A stretch of DNA of 64,000 bases from Tubulanus polymorphus (lineage: Eukaryota; Animalia; Nemertea), in NCBI RefSeq assembly GCF_964204645.1, contig NC_134027.1:992001-1056000 (forward strand), given 5' to 3'. Below are positions 52,201 through 64,000 of this stretch, piece by piece. The translations under genes and the position numbers were made by a program. The notes beneath the pieces were generated by a model. The model did no database searches and was not told where the DNA came from. It saw only the letters and a list, made by a program, of their open reading frames with translations. Positions within the stretch are counted from its first letter, which is position 1, and each line of letters begins with the position of its first letter.

Positions 52201-55200
52201 TTCAATGATTCAACCACCACAAAGCTATCGATAGATAGCTGTTTTGAATATCTATACATTTAAAACGTAAAGTCCTAATGAGGACGATCAGGAAACATAA
52301 TCAATCCCAATTCACCGACATATATTACAATATATACACAGAACCAACACCAGCGACATTTCAATGATTCAACCACCACAAAGCTATCGATGGATAGCTG
52401 TTTTGAATATTTATACATTTAAAACGTAAAGTCGTAATGAGGACGATCAGGAAACATAATCAGTCCCAATTCACCGACATATATTACAATATATACACAG
52501 AACCAACACCAGCGACATTTCAATGATTCAACCACCACAAAGCTATCGATGGATAGCTGTTTTGAATATTTATACATTTAAAACGTAAAGTCGTAATGAG
52601 GACGATCAGGAAACATAATCAGTCCCAATTAACTGATATATATTACAATATATACACTGAACCAACACCAGCAACATTTCAATGATTCAACCACCACAAA
52701 GCTATCGATGGATAGCTGTTTTGAATATTTATAAATTTAAAACGTAAAGTCGCAAAAAGGACGATCAGGAAACATAATCAATCCCAATTCACCACCACAA
52801 AGCTATCGATGGATAGCTGTTTGAATATTTATACATTTAAAACGTAAAGTCGCAATAAGGACGATCAGGAAACATAATCAGTCCCAATTAACTGATATAT
52901 ATTACAATATATACACTGAACCAACACCAGCGACATTTCAATGATTCAACCACCACAAAGCTATCAATGGATAGCTGTTTTGAATATTTATAAATTTAAA
53001 ATGTTAAGTTGTAATGAGGACGATCAGGAAGCATAACTCACCCAAACTCAATATCACCCCATAACAGAGTGTATCAATTAACACGCAGCAGCAAGCTGCA
53101 TTATCAAAGGAGGTCATCAGTGTTGTAACACACTGACAATTCAGTTTGTTTGTCACGTTTCTACATGACAGTTGAAGAAGGAAGGAGGAGACTCCTGAAC
53201 TCAATATCACCCCTGAACAGAATGTATTAATTAACACCCAGCACCAAGCAGCAGTATTAAATGAGGTCATCAGTGTTGTAACACACTGAAAATTCAGTTT
53301 GTTTGTCACGTTTCTACATGACAATTGAAGAAGGAAGGAGGAGACTCCTGTACTCAATATAACCCCTGAACAGAATGTATCAATTAACACGCAGCAGCAA
53401 GCAGCATTATTAAAGGAGGTCATCAGTGTTGTAACACACTGACAATTCAGTTTGTTTGTCACGTTTCTACATGACAGTTGAAGAAGGAAGGAGGAGACTC
53501 CTGAACTCAATATCACCCCTGAACAGAATGTATCAATTAACACGCAGCAGCAAGCAGCATTATTAAAGGAGGTCATCAGTGTTGTAACACACTGACAATT
53601 CAGTTTGTTCGTCACGTTTCTACATGACAGTTGAAGAAGGAAGGAGGAGACTCCTGAACTCAATATCACCCCTGAACAGAATGTATCAATTAACACGCAG
53701 CAGCAAGCAGCAGTATTAAAGGAGGTCATCAGTGTTGTAACAAACTGACAATTCAGTTTGTTTGTCACGTTTCTACATGACAGTTGAAGAAGGAAGGAGG
53801 AGACTCCTGAACTCAATATTACCCCAAAACAGAGTGTATTAATTAACACCCAGCAGCAAGCAGCAGTATTAAAGGAGGTCATCAGTGTTGTACCACACTG
53901 ACAATTTAGTTTGTTTGTCACGTTTCTACATGACAGTTAATAACCTCCAAGTGCAAGGAACCAAAGTGAAGCTATCAAACAATAGCATCTTTGAGTATAA
54001 CACTTTTAAAATCCGTAATATAATAATAATTTGCTGCTACAATATATACACAGAACCAACACCAGCGACATTTCAATGATTCAACCACCACAAAGCTATC
54101 GATGGATAGCTGTTTGAATATTTATACATTTAAAACGTAAAGTCGTAATAAGGACGATCAGGAAACATAATGAGTCCCAATTCACCGACATATATAACAA
54201 TATATACAAATTACCAACACCAGCGACATTTCAATGATTCAACCACCACAAAGCTATCGATGGATAGCTGTTTGAATATTTATACATTTAAAACGTAAAG
54301 TCGTAATAAGGACGATCAGGAAACATAATGAGTCCCAATTCACCGACATATATAACAATATATACAAAGTACCAACACCAGCGACATTTCAATGATTCAA
54401 CCACCACAAAGCTATCGATGGATAGCTGTTTGAATATTTATACATTTAAAACGTAAAGTCGTAATGAGGACGATCAGGAAACATAATCAATCCCAATTCA
54501 CCGACATATATTACAATATATACACAGAACCAACACCAGCGACATTTCAATGATTCAACCACCACAAAGCTATCGATGGATAGCTGTTTTGAATATTTAT
54601 AAATTTAAAATGTTAAGTTGTAAAGAGGACGATCAGGAAGCATAACTCACCCAAACTTAATATCACCCCATAACAGAGTGTATCAATTAACACGCAGCAG
54701 CAAGCAGCAGTATCAAAGGAGGTCATCAGTGTTGTAACACACTGACAATTCAGTTTGTTTGTCACGTTTCTACATGACAGTTGAAGAAGGAAGGAGGAGA
54801 CTCCTGAACTCAATATCACCCCTGAACAGAATGTATTAATTAACACCCAGCACCAAGCAGCAGTATTAAATGAGGTCATCAGTGTTGTAACACACTGAAA
54901 ATTCAGTTTGTTTGTCACGTTTCTACATGACAATTGAAGAAGGAAGGAGGAGACTCCTGCACTCAATATCACCCCAAAACAGAGTGTATTAATTAACACC
55001 CAGCACCAAGCAGCAGTATCAAAGGAGGTCATCAGTGTTGTAACACACTGACAATTCAGTTTGTTTGTCACGTTTCTACATGACAATTGAAGAAGGAAGG
55101 AGGAGACTCCTGAACTCAATATCACCCCTGAACAGAATGTATCAATTAACACGCAGCAGCAAGCAGCAGTATTAAAGGAGGTCATCAGTGTTGTAACACA

Positions 55201-58200
55201 CTGACAATTCAGTTTGTTTGTCACGTTTCTACATGACAGTTGAAGAAGGAAGGAGGAGACTCCTGAACTCAATATCACCCCAAAACAGAGCCAGCAGCAA
55301 GCAGCAGTATTAAAGGAGGTCATCAGTGTTGTAACACACTGATAATTCAGTTTGTTTGTCACGTTTCTACATGACAGTTGAAGAAGGAAGGAGGAGACTC
55401 CTGAACTCAATATCACCCCTGAACAGAATGTATCAATTAACACGCAGCAGCAAGCAGCAGTATTAAAGGAGGTCATCAGTGTTGTAACACACTGACAATT
55501 CAGTTTGTTTGTCACGTTTCTACATGACAATTGAAGCAGGAAAGAGGAGACTCCTGAACTGAATATCACCCCAAAACAGAGCCAGCAGCAAGCAGCAGTA
55601 TTTAAGGAGGATGATTTATGATGTTACAATGTTTAAGGTAATTAGTCTTATTGTAATAATGTTTAATGTAATAATTCAAGAAGTTCAGGGAAGGAGGTAA
55701 GAATTAACAAGCACCAGCAACGTGCAGTATTGAAGGAGGCCATCAGTGTTGTACCAAACTGACAATTCAGTTTGTTTGTCACGTTTCTACGTGACAACTG
55801 AAGAAGGAAGGAGGAGACTCCTGCACTCAATATCACCCCTGAACAGAATGTATCAATTAACAACCAGCACCAAGCAGCAGTATTAAAGGAGGCCATCAGT
55901 GTTGTAACAAACTGACAATTCAGTTTGTTTGTCACGTTTCTACATGACAGTTGAAGAAGGAAGGAGGAGACTCCTGAACTCAATATTACCCCAAAACAGA
56001 GTGTATTAATTAACACCCAGCAGCAAGCAGCAGTATTAAAGGAGGTCATCAGTGTTGTACCACACTGACAATTTAGTTTGTTTGTCACGTTTCTACATGA
56101 CAGTTAATAACCTCCAAGTGCAAGGAACCAAAGTGAAGCTATCAAACAATAGCATCTTTGAGTATAACACTTTTAAAATCCGTAATATAATAATAATTTG
56201 CTGCTACAATATATACACAGAACCAACACCAGCGACATTTCAATGATTCAACCACCACAAAGCTATCGATGGATAGCTGTTTGAATATTTATACATTTAA
56301 AACGTAAAGTCGTAATGAGGACGATCAGGAAACATAATCAGTCTCAATTCACCGACATATATTACAATATATACACAGAACCAACACCAGCGACATTTCA
56401 ATGATTCAACCACCACAAAGCTATCGATGGATAGCTGTTTGAATATTTATACATTTAAAACGTAAAGTCGCAATAAGGACGATTAGGAAACATAATCAAT
56501 CCCAATTCACCGACATATATTACAATATATACACAGAACCAACACCAGCGACATTTCAATGATTCAACCACCACAAAGCTATCGATGGATAGCTGTTTGA
56601 ATATTTATACATTTAAAACGTAAAGGCATAATGAGGACGATCAGGAAACATAATCAATCCCAATTCACCGACATATATTACAATATATACACAGAACCAA
56701 CACCAGCGACATTTCAATGATTCAACCACCACAAAGCTATCGATGGATAGCTGTTTGAATATTTATACATTTAAAACGTAAAGTCGCAATAAGGACGATC
56801 AGGAAACATAATCAGTCCAAATTCACCGACATATTTTACAATATATACAATGTACCAACACCAGCGACATTTCAATGATTCAACCACCACAAAGCTATCG
56901 ATGGATAGCTGTTTTGAATATTTATACATTTAAAACGTAAAGTCGCAAAAAGGACGATCAGGAAACATAATCAATCCCAATTCACCACCACAAAGCTATC
57001 GATGGATAGCTGTTTGAATATTTATACATTTAAAACGTAAAGTCGTAATGAGGACGATCAGGAAACATAATCAGTCCCAATTAACTGATATATATTACAA
57101 TATATACACAGAACCAACACCAGCGACATTTCAATGATTCAACCACCACAAAGCTATCGATGGATAGCTGTTTGAATATTTATACATTTAAAACGTAAAG
57201 TCGTTATGAGGACGATCAGGAAACATAATCAGTCCCAATTCACCGACATATATTACAATATATACACAGAACCAACACCAGCGACATTTCAATGATTCAA
57301 CCACCACAAAGCTATCAATGGATAGCTGTTTTGAATATTTATAAATTTAAAATGTTAAGTTGTAAAGAGGACGATCAGGAAGCATAACTCGCCCAAACTC
57401 AATATCACCCCATAACAGAGTGTATTAATTAACACGCAGCAGCAAGCTGCAGTATTAAAGGAGGTCATCAGTGTTGTAACACACTGACAATTCAGTTTGT
57501 TTGTCACGTTTCTACATGACAGTTGAAGCAGGAAGGAGGAGACTCCTGAACTCAATATCACCCCAAAACAGAGTGTATCAATTAACACCACCAGCAAGCA
57601 GCAGTATTAAAGGAGGTCATCAGTGTTGTAACACACTGACAAATCAGTTTGTTTGTCACGTTTCTACATGACAGTTGAAGCAGGAAGGAGGAGACTCCTG
57701 AACTCAATATCACCCCAAAACAGAGTGTATCAATTAACACCACCAGCAAGCAGCAGTATTTTAGGAGGCCATCAGTGTTGTAACACACTGACAATTCAGT
57801 TAGTTTGTCACGTTTCTACATGACAGTTGAAGACAGAAGGAGGAGACTCCTGTACTCAATATCCCTCCAAAACAGAGTGTATTAATTAACACCCAGCACC
57901 AAGCAGCAGTATTAAAGGAGGTCATCTGTGTTGTAACACACTGACAATTCAGTTTGTTTGTCACGTTTCTACATGACAGTTGAAGAAGGAAGGAGGAGAC
58001 TCCTGAACTCAATATCACCCCAAAACAGAGCCAGCAGCAAGCAGCAGTATTAAAGGAGGTCATCAGTGTTGTAACACACTGATAATTCAGTTTGTTTGTC
58101 ACGTTTCTACATGACAGTTGAAGAAGGAAGGAGGAGACTCCTGCACTCAATATCACTCCAAAACAGAGTGTATTAATTAACACCCAGCAGCAAGCAGCAG

Positions 58201-58220
58201 TATTAAAGGAGGTCATCAGT
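46262..58220. repeat. Composite higher-order satellite: alternating blocks of a ~159-bp unit (A) and a 153-bp unit (B) with two ~95-bp linkers
   Basis: A blocks ~46262-48385, 49814-50582, 51851-53035, 54038-54645, 56205-57385; B blocks between them. Linker 1 at ~49716, 51752, 53939, 56106; linker 2 at ~51256, 55610. Confidence 0.97.
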
Positions 58221-59249
58221 TATGATTTAGCAGTTATTTACCCATCGTGTTCTGTAGCACTTAACTTTCATCACTACCGATTGATTTAGCAGTGATTTAC
58301 CCACAGTGTTTTGTAACACTTAACTTTCATCACCACCAATTGATTTAGCAGTAATTGATCCATAGTTTGAAATGCGCTGCATTCAATGAGCAATTTCAAA
58401 CTTTTCTATTGAGGAAACCACAGCAAAGAACTAAATGTATACAAACAATACGTGTCTTATTTAATTGTTGATGAGAGAGGAGAGAGAGAGGAGGCATGTA
58501 CACCTAACACAACGTTTAAAACTCAATATCAAAACCAAAACAGAGTTGAATGATAGCAAGCATCAGCGACATGTAGTTTTTCAAATAAGGAAGTAATCAG
58601 TATTGTAAGTCACATCTATTTGACAATTCAAGAACGCAAGGGAAGGAGAAGAGACTCCAAAACTCAATATCACCCCTTAAACAGAGTGGAATGAGCAACA
58701 TGCAGCAGCAAACAACAGTATTTGCCGTTTTTAAAGTAGAAGAAAGGAGTATCTTCTGTATTTGATACTCATTTGATGTCATAGCGAGGCCATTACCAAG
58801 AGTTATAGAGAACAAAAGCCATGCCACCACAAGATTTTAATTGTCTATGATTTTGATATCGTATATAAAAATGGCACGATATCACCTCGTAGCAGAGGAA
58901 GGAGGTAGAACAAACCGCAAGATCAGTACATCTATCAATGTTTCATTACATTTATCATTGTTTCAAGACACCAACTTTCAGTGTTTTGTAACACTTTAAC
59001 TTTCATTACCACCAATTGATTTAGCAAAAATTCATCCACAGTGTTTTTATAACTCTTAACTTTCAGATTTGTGTCTTACTTTTTTCGTGATGAGAGAGGA
59101 GAGAGAGAAGTCTTGTAGGAAATGTAGCGATACACCTATCAAAGCGTTTTTTACAAATGCAAATCAGTCTATTCTAGACTATGGACGTTTGTTGCTGGAG
59201 GAGACAAACTGTATTCCGATCGAAACCCTTTTAGCTTTTTCTTAGAGAG

Positions 59250-59761
59250 ATCGAATCTTCTTTCAAATATTAAATCAAAAGGAGGAGGGACTAATTTAAT
59301 GTAATGGTATCAATGCTACGAATGTATGTAAAAAGTGAACGTAATAGTTTGAAACCAAGATTGAATGCATTCATTTTGTTGTATTGAATAAAGTGTGTTC
59401 CGATGAAAATGATTAAAATCGCCTCTAAAATAGTTTCAATCAAAAAATATTCCGGAATGTAATATACAGAAAAAATTAAAATCATAAATATATATATATA
59501 CACTAATAAAAAGAAATGGATTACTATTTACAAATCTACAATATCTACAAGAAAAATAAAAACTACTATTTACAAATTTACAATATCTACAAGAAAAATA
59601 AAAACTATTATTTACATATTTACAATATTTACAAGAGAGAAATAAAAACTACTATTTACAAATTTACAATATTTACAAGAGAAATAAAAACTACTATTTA
59701 CAAATTTACAATATTTACAAGAGAAATAAATACTACTATCTACATATTTACAATATTTACA

Positions 59762-59795
<34 letters not shown>

Positions 59796-61200
59796 GAGAG
59801 AGAAAGAGAGAGAGAGGAGAGTGTGGAGAGAGAGAGAAGGGAGAGAGAAGAGAGGAAGGAGAGCGGTGAGAGGAAGAAAGGAGAGGAGAGAGTTAGTGGG
59901 TTAGAGAGAGAGGAAGAGAGTTAGTGGGTTAGAGACAAAGGGAAAGAACATAGAGTGGGAAAGGATAGAGACAGAGAGGAAAAGGATAGAGACAGAGAGG
60001 GAAAGGATAGAGACAGAAAGGGAAAGGATAGAGGTAGAAAGGGAAAGGATAGAGGTAGAAAAAGAAGGGGTTAAAAAGAGGCAGTTTAACGTCATACCAC
60101 AGGACAAATAGATAAAAATCACTGATAAAATGTATGGATAAAACGTATTGTTAAAAAGAGGCAGTTTAACGTCATACCACAGGACAAATAGATAAAAATC
60201 ACTGATAAAATGTATGGATAAAACGTATTGTTAAAAAGAGGCAGTTTAACGTCGTACCACAGGACAAATAGATAAAAATCACTAATAAAATGTATAAATA
60301 AAACGTATTGTTAAAAAGAGGCGGTTTAACGTCATACCACAGGACAAATAGATAAAAATCACTGATAAAATGTATGGATAAAACGTATTGTTAAAAAGAG
60401 GCAGTTTAACGTCATACCACAGGACAAATAGATAAAAATCACTGATAAAATGTATGGATAAAACGTATTGTTAAAAAGAGGCAGTTTAACGTCATACCAC
60501 AGGACAAATAGATAAAAATCACTGATAAAATGTATGGATAAAACGTATTGTTAAAAAGAGGCAGTTTAACGTCGTACCACAGGACAAATAGATAAAAATC
60601 ACTGATAAAATGTATGGATAAAACGTATTGTTAAAAAGAGGCAGTTTAACGTCATACCTCAGGACAAATAGATAAAAATCACTGATAAAATGTATGGATA
60701 AAACGTATTGTTAAAAAGAGGCAGTTTAACGTCATACCACAGGACAAATAGATAAAAATCACTGATAAAATGTATGGATAAAACGTATTGTTAAAAAGAG
60801 GCAGTTTAACGTCGTACCACAGGACAAATAGATAAAAATCACTGATAAAATGTATGGATAAAACGTATTGTTAAAAAGAGGCAGTTTAACGTCGTACCAC
60901 AGGACAAATAGATAAAAATCACTGATAAAATGTATAGATAAAACGTATTGTTAAAAAGAGGCAGTTTAACGTTGTACTACAGGACAACTTGTAAACAGAG
61001 GAACACTAGCTATACTACTTATATGTTACTAGGTTTTAGACAATTCTATAAAATTCTATAATTATTTCAACCTCTGCAATTTTAATTCTACAAGTCAACT
61101 TTGAAAACGTTTATATGAGATAAACTAACAAAACATAACGTAGCATTGAATTAATATTAATGTAATCAGGAGCTGTAAATCTGAAATCAACCATCAGCCA
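59250..61200. repeat. Segmental duplication copy 1 (42-bp repeat, GA-rich tract, 80-bp repeat x11)
   Basis: Collinear with 62572-64000; 80-bp unit ttaaaaagaggcagtttaacgtc... at 60071, 60151 ... 60951. Confidence 0.95.
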
Positions 61201-61754
61201 TAAATGAGGAGGCGGGACTAATGCAATGAAATAATATCAATGCTCCAAGGTTAAAATGTCGTTAAAACAATAGATGCAACAAGTGATATCCGGATCAAAC
61301 TAAGATTGGATGCATTCATTCTGTTTTTTTGAATATTAAAATTATTCGATGGAATTAAAAATATTAATTATCAATTAAATCTATATCAAAATTTGAGCAA
61401 ACGTGATGAGGTAATTTGCCAGCATCTGTATACATGGAACCACCACCCGAAGATTGATACATTTATGTAGCTATCACAGGACAGCATGTTTAAAACGGAA
61501 AATCGCAATTATGCAAACATGATTGAGTATCACGATTTGCCAGTATACATGGAATCACCAACCGAAGATTTAGGATATATCACAGGGTGACTGTATATTC
61601 AAATATAATGATGAAAATGTGAATGTTAACATTTTCACTTACACCAAAGGAGAGATGTAGTTTATGGCAGTTATCAGCGACGCCAATGAGATGCAGTCAG
61701 TAATCAACCACCCGTAATCAACTAAAGCAGCAATCAGTGTTGTAAGCTGTTGTA

Positions 61755-62392
61755 ACAGCTGCAACCAATGGAGTGAACTGTAACCAGTAAGGGAAAGTAT
61801 GCACAATCAATGAGATGATTGTTCATAGCTGCAACCAATGAAGTGAACTGCAACCAGTGAGGGGGAATTATATCGCAAACCAGTGAGGGGAAAGTATGCA
61901 CAATCAATGAGATGATTGTTCATAGCTGCAACCAATGGAGTGAACTGTAACCAGTAAGGGAAAGTATGCACAATCAATGAGATGATTGTTCATAGCTGCA
62001 ACCAATGGAGTGAACTGCAACCAGTGAGGGGGAATTATATCGCAAACCAGTGAGGGGAAAGTATGCACAATCAATGAGATGATTGTTCATAGCTGCAACC
62101 AATGGAGTGAACTGTAACCAGTAAGGGAAAGTATGCACAATCAATGAGATGATTGTTTATAGCTGCAACCAATGGAGTGAACTGCAACCAGTGAGGGGGA
62201 ATTATATCGCAAACCAGTGAGGGGAAAGTATGCACAATCAATGAGATGATTGTTCATAGCTGCAACCAATGGAGTAAACTGCAACCAGTGAGGGGGAATT
62301 ATATCGCAAACCAGTGAGGGGAAAGTATGCACAATCAATGAGATGATTGTTCATAGCTGCAACCAATGAAGTGAACAGCGAACAGTGAGGGG
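61755..62392. repeat. Minisatellite with alternating 70- and 97-bp units
   Basis: gcaaccaatg at 61761, 61831, 61928, 61998, 62095, 62165, 62262, 62359. Confidence 0.93.
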
Positions 62393-62571
62393 AAAATTTG
62401 CACAGTCATTTACAAACAAGTGATGGTTAAATACACTTGCAAGCTAACAGATCAGAGATCACAGGAAGCAACATCAATCCAATCCTTATTTCTTGACATA
62501 TGATATAAAATGCTCTTCAGCCTGTGACAAAATGTCTTCGATGTAATACGCTTATTAATATATGCTTAACT

Positions 62572-63142
62572 AGAATCTTCTTTCAAATATTAAATCAAAA
62601 GGAGGAGGGACTAATTTAATGTTACAAATGTATGTAAAAAGTGAACGTAATAGTTTTAAACCAAGATTGAATGCATTCATTTTGTTGTATTGAATTAAGT
62701 ATGTTCTGATGATAATGATTAAAATCGCCTCTAAAATAGTTTCAATTAAAAAATAAATATTTTAAGTTTGAAAATTTAAAACGTTTTCTTTAAAATGTAA
62801 AAATAATTGTTTAAAAAAGAAAATATTCCGGAATGTAATATACAGAAAAAATTAAAATCATAAATATATATATATATATATACACTAATAAAAAAAATGG
62901 ATTACTATTTACAAATTTACAATATCTACAAGAAAAATAAAAACTACTATTTACATATTTACAATATTTACAAGAGAAATAAAAACTACTATTTACATAT
63001 TTACAATATTTACAAGAGAGAAATAAAAACTACTATTTACAAATTTACAATATTTACAAGAGAAATAAAAACTACTATTTACAAATTTACAATATTTACA
63101 AGAGAAATAAAAACTACTATCTACATATTTACAATATTTACA

Positions 63143-63176
<34 letters not shown>

Positions 63177-64000
63177 GAGAGAGAAAGAGAGAGAGAGAGG
63201 AGAGTGTGGAGAGAGAGAGAAGGGAGAGAGAAGGGATGAAGGAGAGCGGTGAGAGGAAGAAAGGAGAGGAGAGAGTTAGTGGGTTAGAGAGAGAGGAAGA
63301 GAGAGTTAGTGGGTTAGAGAAAGAGGGAGAGAGTTAGTGGGTTAGAGAAAGAGGAAGAGAGTTAGTGGGTTAGAGACAAAGGGAAAGAACATAGAGTGGG
63401 AAAGGATAGAGAGAGGAAAAGGATAGAGACAGAGAGGGAAAGGATAGAGACAGAGAGGGAAAGGATAGAGGTAGAAAGGGAAAGGATAGAGGTAGAAAAA
63501 GAAGGGGTTAAAAAGAGGCAGTTTAACGTCATACCACAGGACAAATAGATAAAAATCACTGATAAAATGTATGGATAAAACGTATTGTTAAAAAGAGGCA
63601 GTTTAACGTCGTACCACAGGACAAATAGATAAAAATCACTGATAAAATGTATAGATAAAACGTATTGTTAAAAAGAGGCGGTTTAACGTCGTACCACAGG
63701 ACAAATAGATAAAAATCACTGATAAAATGTATGGATAAAATGTATTGTTAAAAAGAGGCAGTTTAACGTTGTACTACAGGACAACTTGTAAACAGAGGAA
63801 CACTAGCTATACTACTTATATGTTACTAGGTATTTTAGACAATTCTATAAAATTCTATAATTATTTCAACCTCTGCAATTTTAATTCTACAAGTCATCTT
63901 TGAAAACGTTTATATGAGATAAACTAACAAAACATAACGTAGCATTGAATTAATATTAATGTAATCAGGAGCTGTAAATCTGAATTTAACCATCATCCAT
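62572..64000. repeat. Segmental duplication copy 2 (80-bp repeat only ~3.4 copies)
   Basis: gaatcttctttcaaatattaaatcaaaaggaggaggg onward repeats 59253 onward. Confidence 0.95.

Noticed and set aside
48350-58216. Cys-rich 51-aa-repeat ORFs up to 318 aa
   Set aside because: 153-bp unit is a multiple of 3; neighbouring copies frameshift freely and there is no consistent start or promoter.
46262-61000. CRISPR-like repeat arrays
   Set aside because: No unique spacers, no cas genes, eukaryotic context.
59516-63559. ORFs rich in Tyr/Ile/Lys and Glu/Arg
   Set aside because: Translations of the 42-bp repeat and GA tract.

Overview
AT-rich, intron-containing eukaryotic (animal, probably marine invertebrate) DNA. 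The first ~42 kb is gene-rich. It holds a large C2H2 zinc-finger/low-complexity gene (minus, runs off the left edge) head-to-head with NDUFA5, a FAM210B-like gene head-to-head with MAPKAPK2, a 13-exon PTPDC1, an intact single-exon rhodopsin-class GPCR and a broken GPCR, plus MITEs, LINE/Penelope remnants and minisatellites. The last ~20 kb is almost all tandem repeat: a 159-bp/153-bp higher-order satellite, a segmental duplication, and 42/70/80/97-bp arrays. The most striking unexplained feature is a ~0.88-kb cassette present twice (inside PTPDC1 intron 6 and between the two GPCRs). It contains five clustered TCF/LEF-type ATCAAAG sites, a TATA box, an intronless 124-aa non-histone ORF and, 31 nt after the stop codon, a histone-mRNA-type 3' stem-loop with an HDE-like element. 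All calls were made by eye from the sequence; no database searches were run.
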